Assembly: GCA_963764165.1 (NCBI GenBank)
Contig: CAVXRD010000001.1
Coordinates: 192,001 to 256,000, forward strand
DNA: 64,000 nt
DNA from: an uncultured Verrucomicrobiae bacterium
Lineage (GTDB): Bacteria > Verrucomicrobiota > Verrucomicrobiia > Limisphaerales > Palsa-1400
Reading direction: 5' to 3'
The position numbers were made by a program, and so were the translations under genes. Numbering within the stretch: the stretch's first letter is position 1; each line of letters opens with the position of its first letter. Positions 1 to 9,666 of this stretch are shown here, in pieces. Below the pieces are notes generated by a model. The model was not told the origin of the DNA. It did no database searches and saw nothing but the letters and a program-made list of their open reading frames with translations.

Positions 1-34
1 CATAGTCAACAATCCCATCTGGAGATCGTGAGGC

Positions 35-579
35 CATTCCACGCTCACGCGAGCGTGGCTCCGTTGAAGCCGGCTTGGGGTTGGCTGGTTTGCCGTTGCT
101 ACGACAGCATTCCACGCTCACGCGAGCGTGGCTCCGTTGAAGCAATTTCTGGCACTGGCGGGAAATTGGTCAGCCAACGGCATTCCACGCTCACGCGAGC
201 GTGGCTCCGTTGAAGCAATAGCGGACTTGGTAACATTGGGAAAACTCGGTATGCATTCCACGCTCACGCGAGCGTGGCTCCGTTGAAGCACCATTCATCT
301 TAAATATATAAACTTTTTAGTATAAACATTCCACGCTCACGCGAGCGTGGCTCCGTTGAAGCATACAGGATTGTCATTAGGCCAATAAAAAGCCCAATCA
401 TTCCACGCTCACGCGAGCGTGGCTCCGTTGAAGCTAAGTTTCGGAGGGAAATTAATCAGCGAGGGCCTTGACATTCCACGCTCACGCGAGCGTGGCTCCG
501 TTGAAGCTAAGCATTTTATTACTTATTTGTGCTAGTAGGCACTCATTCCACGCTCACGCGAGCGTGGCTCCGTTGAAGC
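35..579 (+). CRISPR. CRISPR array (right, probably trailer, end): 8 identical 36-bp repeats CATTCCACGCTCACGCGAGCGTGGCTCCGTTGAAGC with 36-37 bp spacers; type I-G (I-U)-like repeat
   Basis: Repeats start at 35, 108, 181, 254, 327, 399, 472 and 544. Each has an internal hairpin (CCACGCTC/GAGCGTGG) and ends in TTGAAGC. Bases 1-34 look like a further spacer, so the array continues left of the window. Subtype is inferred from repeat style only; there are no cas genes in the window. Confidence 0.97.
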
Positions 580-1200
580 AATGTCCACTCTTGCACAGCG
601 CATCACCGGCAGATGCACAATGTACATGCAATAACTGTAACCGCCTATTGCCATTAAGACGCGATTCTCGTAAAAGCGTTTCGGAATTCCATGCAGCGCG
701 GTGGGATCGATTGACCAAAACAAAAGGGCAGAGAAAAATATCGCCAAAGCGCTATAAAATAAATCTCTGAGCAGAGGATGATGGATGGGATCAAACCCAC
801 CGGCCGCCAGCGCCGCCAGCAGCAGTCCCGCGATTGCGCCCGCGTATTTGCAAAGCTTTCTTGCTAACCTTTCTCCATTGGGCAGGCGCATCAGCAACGC
901 CAAGAGCGCGCCCGCTGCCAAAGAATCCGCGCGCGTGGGCGTCAAAGTGTATAGAACAAACCAACTCGCCCCACTGGCAGTCAGAATCAATCGCACGACA
1001 ATCTCGCCGAACATTATTCCAAGACAAATCCCAACCAGTTTGCGGTGCGAAAACGAAAAAATCACCAGCGGCCAGATCAAGTAAAATTGCTCTTCCACCG
1101 ACAGCGACCAAAGCGGCATGAGCATTTCTGTCCACTGATCCCACACCTTCTGCATCGCCACCCAAAAATTTGCGGTATAAGTCCAAAGCCATGGCTGTGC
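580..1200 (-). pseudogene. Acyltransferase_3 (OafA/YrhL-like) membrane acyltransferase, internal fragment
   Basis: Motifs LWSLSVEEQFYLIWP and GGYSYCMYIVHLPV. The N-terminus is replaced by the IS110 ORF and the C-terminus runs into the last CRISPR repeat. Confidence 0.85.
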
Positions 1201-2165
1201 CAGAGGATGCACAACATCTTTCGGGCAAGAGCAATGCGGGCACGCTTATTGCCGCAAGCCGGTGCAAGACGCACCAGAAACGCATAGAGCTCCGGGGCAT
1301 TTGTCGGTCGGATGCGGAATGCGGCCTCCACCATGATCGTTCGCAAGGTTCTCGAACCCTGATTAGTAATGCTGCCGAAGCGGATGCTTTCACCGCTTGA
1401 TCGCTGCCTCGGGATGAGGCCGGAGAAGCTGGAGATGTGCTTGGCAGAGGCGAATCGAGTGAAGTCGCCGACCTCCGCAATGATGGTGAGAGCCGTCACG
1501 ATGCCGATGTCCGGCATACTTCGCAAAATGGGAATGAGTGGCTCGTCCTTGGCGATCTTCTCGCAACGGGAATCGCATTCGGCAATGCGGCGGTCCAGTT
1601 CTTCGATGAGCGTATGCAGCTCCTTCATCGGAACGTCATCACCGGCCATGATGCCAGCTTTCCCGGCTTTCGAGAGCGGGTTTCTGCAAGCAATGCGGTG
1701 CAATCCGATGATGGTCGCCATACCGTGCAGTCGATTTTTAGCGCTCACCCGGAGCCGAACCAGATATGCACGATGCCGGAGGACAATGCGGAGACCGTAA
1801 GTGGAATCCGGGACGCGATAGCTCTCCGGCAAGTATCCCAGACGAAGCAGATTGGCGAGAGCGCGGGCGTGTCCCAAGTCATGCTTTTGGGTGCTTTGGG
1901 CGATGAGGCGCACTTTGTTCACGTTCGCCGGATGCACCTCGACGCCGGCTTCTTCAAGGAGGGCCGCCACCCATCGCCATCCGCAGGTCGGCTCCAACGC
2001 CGCCTGGACGTCAGGCCCAGGGGCGGGCAGACGCTTTGAAGTTTTGATAATATTATCGGGATGGCAGGGAACGGAGTCCTTCCAAACCTCGTTTCCTTCG
2101 CCATCGAGAAGTACCCACACGGACGAGCGTTTGTGCAGGTCGATCCCAAGTGTATGTGTTCTCAT
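1077..2165 (-). mobile_element. IS110-family transposase (DEDD RuvC-like plus Transposase_20), probably damaged
   Basis: Motifs GIDLHK, ALEPT, KHDLGH (usually KTDxxD), GLIPRQRSSG and ARKMLCILW. Similarity stops near 1195, after which the frame reads through acyltransferase DNA. Confidence 0.9.
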
Positions 2166-2294
2166 ACATCTTTTGGTAAAGATTGATAAAGGGGCTGGCC
2201 CGACTAAAGCGAGCCCCTTTATGATACCGAAAGGGGGTCACAGCGTCATGTATGTAGCTAGTGTCAGCGCGGATTTTTAATTTCGGAACTGAAG

Positions 2295-2672
2295 TTGACA
2301 CTGTGTGACGGCCAGTCCTGGCAACCCATTTCAGACTGCCTTCGGAAATCCACTTTCGAAATTGACCGTCGGCATACAAACCGCAGGCACTATCACTTCC
2401 TTTTTACAGGACGCCCGGTCCGCGCGGTCTCGGTCAAAACCTGCATTACGCTCAAGGTTCGTTGGGAAGAGTTGGGCGGCGGCTTTGCCCATGTCAGCGA
2501 GTCCAATCCCGCTCTCAACGGCGTGAATTGCATCACCAAATGCTTGGAACATGAGCTGAGCAGGGACGATTGCTACGAGTCGGCCAAGTTCGGCGGCGGA
2601 ACCTGTGACCTGATGCTGTCCAAGGCGGTTTGGAAGGCTTCCAACCACGCCCGCCGACAGACGGGCCGTTGA
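2295..2672 (+). pseudogene. 5'-truncated HUH Rep-like gene (third, remnant unit)
   Basis: RRHYHFL, WEELGGG and YESAKF align with 9667..10185 and 17274..18128. Motif I is missing and the motif III Tyr is replaced (NCITK versus AYITK). Confidence 0.75.
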
Positions 2673-2726
2673 GCACGCGGCACAAAGTCCCGCCCATGCG
2701 TGATGGGGCACTTGCCCCCGGTGATG

Positions 2727-2883
2727 GCTTGAAGATCCACTATGTCCACGCCCGGTCAACCACCTGGCGCTCGGATGCCAGAAGCCTTGCCGACACGGCT
2801 AAAAAGGAAAATTGCCACGCCCTGCGTGGCCCTGCGCATCCCCCTTCCCAAACAACTAGCCCAGCGGCAATGAGCGATTCAAA
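2727..2883. repeat. Conserved ~160-bp non-coding block, copy 1
   Basis: GCTTGAAGA.CCACTATGT...CCCAAACAACTAGCCCAGCGGCAATGAGCGATTCAAA; near-identical copies at 10288-10448 and 18235-18395. Confidence 0.9.
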
Positions 2884-2959
2884 CTAGCGCGAAGCGCCCA
2901 GCTAAAACGCGAGCCGTTCGGTGCGCCTCATGTGCAAAAGACGTGGCAATGACCGTTTT

Positions 2960-3292
2960 TCACGGTCCAGGCCATTTTAAACGTTCTCTTAGAGATTCGG
3001 GGACGATCTTGAAAAGTTCCTTGATGCAATTTGTAATAGGACTATGGAGGGCATGAGCAGGATTATTTCCGCGCTCGTAGAAAATTCGAGCTTGTGAATT
3101 CAGCCAGTCAATATCGTACTCCGTAAAGTCGGCATTAAGCAATAGTCGTGGCAGATTATGCACCAATTCCATTTCAGGGTAGAGGGAACCATACGTAAAG
3201 CGTTTCCACGCCGTGTGAGTTTGCAAATTCCGCATCGCCGGAAGCATCCGATCAAGAATTCCAAGATAAAGTTCCTGTTTTTGCGTTAACAT
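2960..3292 (-). CDS. Putative immunity protein for the ParB-like toxin tip
   Basis: 110-aa lower-GC ORF starting 7 bp after the toxin stop. Positional inference only. Confidence 0.65.
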   Translation of the reverse strand: MLTQKQELYLGILDRMLPAMRNLQTHTAWKRFTYGSLYPEMELVHNLPRLLLNADFTEYDIDWLNSQARIFYERGNNPAHALHSPITNCIKELFKIVPESLRERLKWPGP

Positions 3293-3299
3293 GCGAGCC

Positions 3300-4283
3300 T
3301 TATGGTTGCGTCATCTTATAGGTCGTCGATGGAGAGCCTTGGTCCCAGCTTCCTGTGCTTAGAAAATCGTTTATGTATTTCGGATTGCCCGTCTTCGCGT
3401 AAAACATTAACGCAGCCGTCATCCGGTGATTTCCTTCGCTGATAATATAACGATTACCGCTTTTGTAGCCGCCAATCGTCGGGATAGCCGAACGGTCCTT
3501 GGGCGTGCTGCCGTACTCAGAAGGAACATTTCTCACGGGTTTTCCCGCAGCCATATCTTCTAGCAATTGCGGAATTTGATCAAACTTCTGCGCATCCAAA
3601 CCAGATTGCATTGATTCAACATCGACCCCGGGAGGAGCTTGGACTTCAAGCGGGAATTGGGGCGGCGGCACCGGGACGTTTGCTGATGGTGGTTGCGCCC
3701 CTGCATTTTGCACAGCAGTTGCATATCTGAAACCCATGTTCACCCCCCAAAGAGCAGTAACAATCATGGTGGCCGAAGCGACTTTTTGGTTGTAAGTAGC
3801 ATTCGGACTTAAGAGTATCGGGCCAAAGGCCCCAACGCCATAACCTGCACCAAATGCGCTCGCACCGGCAGCAAAACCCGGGAAAGCCACCCCTAGTGGG
3901 CCAAGCACTCCGCCAACACCTGCGCCGATTAAAACTTCTTGAAGCGTAACTACTCGACCTTGAGCCTCAGCATTAACCCCTGCGGATAGTCCTCCGATGG
4001 TAGCGCCGATTCCAACTGAAACTAGCACGTCGGCTAAGTCATGCCCACTGGGGTCCATGTGATTTGCCGGATTGGCTTCGCAGTAGAGGTATTTATGAAG
4101 GCCCAACGGGTCGGTTTGGGTGCCCTCGTCGGTATCCATCGTGATACCGGCGACGTATGCGATTTTTCCCGCCGAAGCCCCGGCGTCGTAGGCCCCCTGG
4201 CCCGCCCGCGTGAGCGCGTGCGCGTTGGACGGGGAAAGCCCGCCCAGGAGAACGGCTAAAAGAATGGACAGCCAGCGATGCAC
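3300..4283 (-). CDS. Signal peptide + Rhs core C-terminal motif + Gly-rich segment + ParB/Srx-like toxin tip
   Basis: GTG start at 4283, by comparison with 11840. Contains RWLSILLAVLLGGLSPSNAHA, MDTDEG..LHKYLYCEANPANHMDPSG and YIISEGNHRMTAA. Confidence 0.8.
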   Translation of the reverse strand: MHRWLSILLAVLLGGLSPSNAHALTRAGQGAYDAGASAGKIAYVAGITMDTDEGTQTDPLGLHKYLYCEANPANHMDPSGHDLADVLVSVGIGATIGGLSAGVNAEAQGRVVTLQEVLIGAGVGGVLGPLGVAFPGFAAGASAFGAGYGVGAFGPILLSPNATYNQKVASATMIVTALWGVNMGFRYATAVQNAGAQPPSANVPVPPPQFPLEVQAPPGVDVESMQSGLDAQKFDQIPQLLEDMAAGKPVRNVPSEYGSTPKDRSAIPTIGGYKSGNRYIISEGNHRMTAALMFYAKTGNPKYINDFLSTGSWDQGSPSTTYKMTQP

Positions 4284-4329
4284 GTCGGCGGCGATTTTAC
4301 GGGGAGAACGGCCCGGAGGCGAGGCTGAT

Positions 4330-5526
4330 TTATTCCCCCTCGGCCAGAGCCTCGGCGTCCAGCGCGGCCAGCAACTCAGCCCTGGCCGTGAGATCGACGG
4401 CGGGTGCGGCTGCGCCTGGCGTGGTTTCCGGCGCGTTGCTCGGCGCGATAAAGTTGAACTCCGCTTGCGCATCCGGCGCGGCGGTTGCGCTCTCAGGAGT
4501 GGGTGCCTGTTCGCTGTGATTGGGTGAAGGCTCCGCCTTCATTTTAGCGGGATGAAAACGATCATGCACCAACTTGAGATGGGCGATGGCGACATGGGTG
4601 TACACGCGCGTGCTCTCCAAAGAGGAATGACCGAGCATGGCCTGGATGTAGCGAATGTCGCAGCCCGCCTCCAAAAGCTGCGTGGCCATCGTGTGGCGGA
4701 ACAAGTGGCAACTGCCCCGGCGCGTGATGCCGGCGGCGCGAAAGATGTAGCGCACCTGCGAGCCAAGCCGGTTGGGATTGACTCGCACGCCCTTGGTATT
4801 CACGAACACGGCGGATTCGGCCACGGCGGAACAAAGCAGCGGTCGCGCTTCCAGCAGGTATTTTTCCAGCCACTGCAAGGCCCGCTCGCCAATCGGCACC
4901 ACCCGGTCTTTGCCGCCCTTGCCCTGCTCAATCCAGACAAAGCCCCGGTCAAAGTCCACGTCGCCTTTGTTGAGTTGACAGAGTTCGGCCCGGCGCATTC
5001 CGGTCGAATAGAGGACTTCCAGCGCGGCCCGGTTGCGCAACCCGGTGGGCTTGGCGAGATCAGGCACGTTCAACACCGATTCGATTTCAGCGGGCGAAAG
5101 CAGCGCATGGGGCAAACGCCGCGAGGTGCGCCCGTACTCGAGATCGCTGGCCGGATTGTAAAGTATAAGGCTTTGCTTGGTCAGCCAGCCGAAAAAACTG
5201 GCGATGATGCTGACGGCGTGATTCTGCGTCTCGACCGCCAGCGGCTCGCCGTCCTTTTTCCGGTAGTGGTAAAGGTAGGACTGATAATTGAAGATGACGG
5301 CGCGTGTGACCTGGCGGGCCTGGGTCAGCCCGGCCTGCTCGCAGAACGAACGGAAGGGCCGCAGCATTTTGCTGCGCGTGTAAACCGTCTGCGGCGAAAA
5401 GTGATGCACGCGCAAGTGTTCCAGGTAGCGGGCCATGAGGTAAAGCAGCCCCTGCGGGTCTTCATGCTCGGAAGGCTTATGACGCGACAGGTCTTGCTCG
5501 GCTAGATGGGCGTAATAGGTTCTCAC
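4330..5526 (-). CDS. Tyrosine recombinase (XerC/D-like), copy A
   Basis: LYSTGMRRAEL, GKGGKDR, HLFRH and LGHSSLESTRVYT: full catalytic set. Confidence 0.95.
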   Translation of the reverse strand: MRTYYAHLAEQDLSRHKPSEHEDPQGLLYLMARYLEHLRVHHFSPQTVYTRSKMLRPFRSFCEQAGLTQARQVTRAVIFNYQSYLYHYRKKDGEPLAVETQNHAVSIIASFFGWLTKQSLILYNPASDLEYGRTSRRLPHALLSPAEIESVLNVPDLAKPTGLRNRAALEVLYSTGMRRAELCQLNKGDVDFDRGFVWIEQGKGGKDRVVPIGERALQWLEKYLLEARPLLCSAVAESAVFVNTKGVRVNPNRLGSQVRYIFRAAGITRRGSCHLFRHTMATQLLEAGCDIRYIQAMLGHSSLESTRVYTHVAIAHLKLVHDRFHPAKMKAEPSPNHSEQAPTPESATAAPDAQAEFNFIAPSNAPETTPGAAAPAVDLTARAELLAALDAEALAEGE

Positions 5527-5658
5527 CGTTTTTTCTTTAGTTGTCCTCTCTTACGGCTGTTAAACCACTAACAACTAAAGAGATAAGAGCGTCACGGACG
5601 GCTGACGATTTCATGACGAAGCGTGACGAAAGATGTTTTTGGGATGACGATTTCCCCT

Positions 5659-8496
5659 TCATGCTGACGATTTCTCTTCGTAGCCGGGCATGTCCGCCGA
5701 CTGCGGCTCCGGCCCGGTGTAGGCCAGTTCATAAGTGAAGCGGGCGGCGGTGCCTGGCAGCCGATGGCACAGGACGTATTCGAGGCTGACCAGCCGTTCC
5801 AGATGGCGGCGCACCTGCGCTTCGCCCCATTTCAACTGCTCGCGCATCTCGCGCCGGGTGAGCCGGACGCGCTCCGATGGCATTTTCTTTTCCTCAGCCA
5901 CTTTCTTGACCAGGCTGTGCAACACCGAAAGGAAGGCCCGCGTCGGCGGCGCCAGTTCGTCCAGGCTGCGCCCCATCACGCCCGCCGCCAGTTGCTGCGC
6001 CTGGCGCAAGTCCTCCTGATCGGCCTCGATGTATTGCACCACCTGGCCCCGGTGCTCGCAGCTTTTGACCGGCTTCTGGAACTGGCGCAAAAAGGCAATG
6101 GCCCGGATGAGTCCAAGATATTTCTTGTGGTCGCGGCGCAGGCGCAGGCGGTCGCTCGGAAAGCGCAGCGTCTCGGCAAACGGGATAATCACTTTCAGCG
6201 GTCGCAACAGCCGTTGGGCCGCGTGATGGGTCGCCAGCACGGCTTGCTTGTCGAGCCTGGAGAGCAGGCCCCGGAGCGTTTCGCTCTGGCGCTGGGCGTC
6301 GTGGATGCGCTGCGTTTGCTCGCGCTCCTCGTCCACCGAAAGCACCAAAAAGCGGTTGGCCAGCTCCTCGTCGAACTCGGCCTGCGTGCTGGTCATGAAC
6401 TGCGCCACCGGGCCTTCCACCGTTTTCAACTGCGTGCGCGGCATTCCGCCGTCCGGGTCTTTGACCGTCACGGCCAGCACCAGCTTTTTCTCGCTCTGCA
6501 AAATCTTGAGCGGATAGGCGGCGCTCTGGCTGCCCTCGTCCTCAACGACCGCCAGAACCTTGTGCTTCAACCCGTTTTCGGGAAGATAAAACAACGCCTG
6601 GGTGGTCATGGCCGTCAATGCCTCCTTGTCCTCGTCGGGCACAAAGTCAAGTATAGCGTTCAAGAGCGAGGATTTTCCGGCGGCGCTGCGGGCCACGATG
6701 AGGCCGGAAAGCGGGTCGTCCAGCTTGCGGCTGATGGCGATGAGGTAGCCCAAAAGCTTGTTGGTGTCCTCGCCCACCGTCCCGGCCAGCGCGAAGTCGG
6801 CCACGATGCGTTCCAAAAGCTTCGGCTCGCGCAACAGGGCCAGCGCCTTCATTTCCTCCTCCGGCGTCATGACGGGTGCGCCGGTGGCCGTGGCTTTCAT
6901 GCGTTCGATGATCTGCTTTTGCTGGTGTTCCTCCACCCGCACCAGGAGCTTGCTCAACTCGGCTTCGACGGTGTTCTTGTCCAGCCCGGCGACCTGCGCG
7001 GCCACGCTGGCAAAGCTGGCGCGGGCGCGGGCCTGGTAAAGATCGAGCGTGTCAACGTGCATGGCGTCATGCCGGATGAGGCGCAGATTGACCTTGAGGC
7101 TGTCAAAACTCGTATTGCTTGACAGTCCCCGGACGCGATAGACGCGGTCGCCTGCGCAGAGTTCGGCCACGCCATCGGGCAACATCTGAAAGCAAGCGGT
7201 GCTTGCATCCATTGCGCCTGATGGCGCAGGCGCTGCGCCGTTGCGTTCCGGCGTGTGTGCGCCGTTTGCTGACAGTGGCGCGATTTTCGGTGCCTGCAGA
7301 TCCACTGCGCCTGGCGGCGCGGGTTGGGCTGCGATTGCCTGGGCCGGTTCCGGCTCGGCTAAAGGAACAACCTGAATGGCGCTGACAACGTTCACCGGCA
7401 GCAGGCGGTAACTCTTGGCAAAGCATGAGGCCAGATCGCCTTTGGCGTCCTTGGATTGCCTCACCAAATCGTTGGCATCGGACTGGCGCGGCCATTCCAC
7501 CCGCCACGCCTCGATGCCCGCCGCTTCCAACTGGTGCGCCAGTTCGTTGGCGGCCGTGTTGCCTGGCTCGTCGCTGTCATAGCAGATCGTCACCCGGTCG
7601 GGACGGCACGCTTTCAACAGTTCCCAATGGCCGGGCGTGAACCCCCGGACGCCATAGCTCCAGGTCACGCTCTCGAACCCGTGGACGTAAAGGCTCAAGG
7701 CGTCAATGGCCGCTTCGCACAAAAGCCATTCGCGTTTGCCATGCAGTCCCGCCGCGTTCCACACCCCGCTGTGCTTTCCCGGCAGGTAAAGGTGCGGGCA
7801 GGCGTTGCGCACGGGCGCGGTGATGCGCCGCCCATACATTTCGCCGATGCCAGCCGTGGTGAGGACCGGGAACACGACGCATCCGGTCAGGTGCTCGTGG
7901 CCGCTCTCGCGCAGGATGCCCAGCCGCTGCAGCCGGTCGCGCAACGCCTTTCCCGCGCTCGTCCCTTCGGGCGGCAGCCGGTAGGCCAGCGTGCGGTTGG
8001 CGTAACCCAAACGAAAATGTTTGACAGATTCGGGGTGAAAGCAGCCCCGCTTTTGCAGGTATTGCATGGCGGCGGGCTGGTTCAAAAAGGTCTGGTGGTA
8101 AAAGTCGGCCACGCGCAAGAGCAGTTGGGCGTCGGTCACTTCCTCGCCGTCGCCGACCAGGCTGGCGTATTGCTTGCCCGATTTCGTTTTGACAGTCCCG
8201 GCCAGCGGCGTCCTGCCCTCCATTTCCAGCAGCCGCTCCACCGCCCGGCGGAAGGCGATTTTCTCCAGGCGCATGACCAGGTCAATGACGCTGCCCCCGC
8301 CGCAGCCAGCCAGGCAGTTCCACAGGTTTTTCTCCGGCGTGACGATGAACGAGGGTGTTTCGTCCTGATGGAACGGGCAGCGCGCCGCCAGGTCTTTGCC
8401 GTGCTTCTCCAGCTTGAGGCCGTAATGCTCGCAGAGGCGGGTCAGCGCAAACTCCGTTTTGAGCCGGGCCACTTCCTGTTCGCTAATCCATTTCAT
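5659..8496 (-). CDS. DNA primase: CHC2 zinc finger + TOPRIM + P-loop NTPase/helicase-like domain, copy A
   Basis: CPFH...CLAGC zinc finger, CEAAIDA and YDSDEPG TOPRIM motifs, ARSAAGKS Walker A. Start set at MKWISE by comparison with copy B. Confidence 0.92.
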   Translation of the reverse strand: MKWISEQEVARLKTEFALTRLCEHYGLKLEKHGKDLAARCPFHQDETPSFIVTPEKNLWNCLAGCGGGSVIDLVMRLEKIAFRRAVERLLEMEGRTPLAGTVKTKSGKQYASLVGDGEEVTDAQLLLRVADFYHQTFLNQPAAMQYLQKRGCFHPESVKHFRLGYANRTLAYRLPPEGTSAGKALRDRLQRLGILRESGHEHLTGCVVFPVLTTAGIGEMYGRRITAPVRNACPHLYLPGKHSGVWNAAGLHGKREWLLCEAAIDALSLYVHGFESVTWSYGVRGFTPGHWELLKACRPDRVTICYDSDEPGNTAANELAHQLEAAGIEAWRVEWPRQSDANDLVRQSKDAKGDLASCFAKSYRLLPVNVVSAIQVVPLAEPEPAQAIAAQPAPPGAVDLQAPKIAPLSANGAHTPERNGAAPAPSGAMDASTACFQMLPDGVAELCAGDRVYRVRGLSSNTSFDSLKVNLRLIRHDAMHVDTLDLYQARARASFASVAAQVAGLDKNTVEAELSKLLVRVEEHQQKQIIERMKATATGAPVMTPEEEMKALALLREPKLLERIVADFALAGTVGEDTNKLLGYLIAISRKLDDPLSGLIVARSAAGKSSLLNAILDFVPDEDKEALTAMTTQALFYLPENGLKHKVLAVVEDEGSQSAAYPLKILQSEKKLVLAVTVKDPDGGMPRTQLKTVEGPVAQFMTSTQAEFDEELANRFLVLSVDEEREQTQRIHDAQRQSETLRGLLSRLDKQAVLATHHAAQRLLRPLKVIIPFAETLRFPSDRLRLRRDHKKYLGLIRAIAFLRQFQKPVKSCEHRGQVVQYIEADQEDLRQAQQLAAGVMGRSLDELAPPTRAFLSVLHSLVKKVAEEKKMPSERVRLTRREMREQLKWGEAQVRRHLERLVSLEYVLCHRLPGTAARFTYELAYTGPEPQSADMPGYEEKSSA

Positions 8497-8918
8497 GGTG
8501 CTTGCGCACGGCCACCATTGAAGGAAACCCATTCGCCGGTTTTCGGGTTCCAGCATCCCCGCAGCCCGTCGGTGTCAAGAAGATGATGCCAGCGTCTTTC
8601 AGCGGTCGCGGGCGAACGGAGCGCGAGCTTGATCATGCGCTGGCCCCGGTCGTACCAGCCGCAGAGTGATTTAAGCCGGTCGTCCCATCCGTGCTGATAG
8701 GCTTCGCGCACGGTCAACCGTCCCAAGGCCGCCAGTTCCTTGCCCACGCCCGCCGCCAGCGCGTCCCGCTCCCAATCGTCCCAGGGATAATGGCCGTAAC
8801 TGCATTCGAGGACTTCCGAACCGAAGATGTCCAGCGGTCGCCGGAACTTTTTCATGGTGGGCCGTGGTCTGGCCAAACCCGTCAAGCCTGTTTCGGAAGA
8901 TTTTGACATGAGGCGCAT
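8493..8918 (-). CDS. Hypothetical protein, copy A
   Basis: Stop overlaps the primase start (ATGA). Protein is identical to 16101..16526. Confidence 0.7.
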   Translation of the reverse strand: MRLMSKSSETGLTGLARPRPTMKKFRRPLDIFGSEVLECSYGHYPWDDWERDALAAGVGKELAALGRLTVREAYQHGWDDRLKSLCGWYDRGQRMIKLALRSPATAERRWHHLLDTDGLRGCWNPKTGEWVSFNGGRAQAP

Positions 8919-8927
8919 TTAGCGGTA

Positions 8928-8958
8928 TTTCGTATAACTGTGCAAGCACTTTCGTATA
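8928..8958. promoter_or_regulatory. Candidate operator in the divergent promoter between the primase operon and the XRE gene
   Basis: TTTCGTATA direct repeat at 8928 and 8950 (22-bp spacing); also present in unit B. Confidence 0.4.
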
Positions 8959-8987
8959 TTTCGCCAGATTGCCTTTATGATTCGGAG

Positions 8988-9359
8988 ATGACAACGGGAC
9001 GACCCGCATCGAAACCCCGCACTGTGTTGGGCCAGCGCATCTCCGAGGCTCGCCAGTTGGCTGGCCTGACTCAGCAGGCACTTGCCGACAAGGTCAACGT
9101 GTCTCAGCGCGTGATCGCCTACTGGGAGCGCGAAGCTGTTTCTTTGAGGGCAGACCAAATTAATGCTCTTGCCAGTGCGCTCAATGTGACGGCAGATGCT
9201 CTCCTGGGGCGCAAAGCCCCTCGCGGCGGCGGGCCGGTCGGAAAAGCACGGCGCATGTTTGAAGAAGTAAATAAACTGCCGCGTGACCGACAACAGCATG
9301 TTCTGCGCGTGGTCGAAGATCTGTTGAAAGCCAACCGTCCTGAAAAAGCAGCCGCTTAA
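8988..9359 (+). CDS. XRE-family HTH transcriptional regulator, copy A
   Basis: LGQRISEARQLAGLTQQALADKVNVSQRVIAYWE. Confidence 0.92.
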   Translation: MTTGRPASKPRTVLGQRISEARQLAGLTQQALADKVNVSQRVIAYWEREAVSLRADQINALASALNVTADALLGRKAPRGGGPVGKARRMFEEVNKLPRDRQQHVLRVVEDLLKANRPEKAAA

Positions 9360-9666
9360 ACGCCCGCCCCGTCCCCCGGGCAGTGGCGGAGTAGTGGGCG
9401 GATTCTGGGCGAGTAGTCAAGGATTGTGGCCCTGCCGCTTGACGGTCTGCCGGGCCTGTGCCATTGTCTCACCGTTGGAGCGATTGAAGAACGGCTTTGG
9501 TGTGTTTCCTTGGACGCCCGCGAGCGTCAGGTAAAGTTGTGATGCGTTTCTAAGTCTCCTCTCTTGTGTGGCCCGTGCGGCCTTTTCCCCGTTGGGGTTT
9601 TTTAACTGTTGGTTTCCAGCCTGGGCGCGGGTGCGTCCGGGCCTTGGTGACCCGCCGACTCGTGTG

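Noticed and set aside
1..543. Spacers targeting the tandem elements or other parts of the window
   Set aside because: No match found by eye; a BLAST is needed to exclude it, so no claim is made.
28..770. ORFs 28..213 and 468..770
   Set aside because: They are translations of CRISPR repeats and spacers (FHAHASVAPLK recurs).
4284..4472. N-terminal extension of ORF 3300..4472
   Set aside because: Overlaps the integrase 3' end; the second copy indicates a start at 4283.
4330..5526. Calling the recombinases chromosomal xerC/xerD, or the primases dnaG
   Set aside because: They are duplicated, in a mobile context, and the primase has an extra P-loop domain.
9513..9528. GACGCCCGCGAGCGTC resembles the CRISPR repeat hairpin
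   Set aside because: Short GC-rich partial match with no TTGAAGC end and no array structure.
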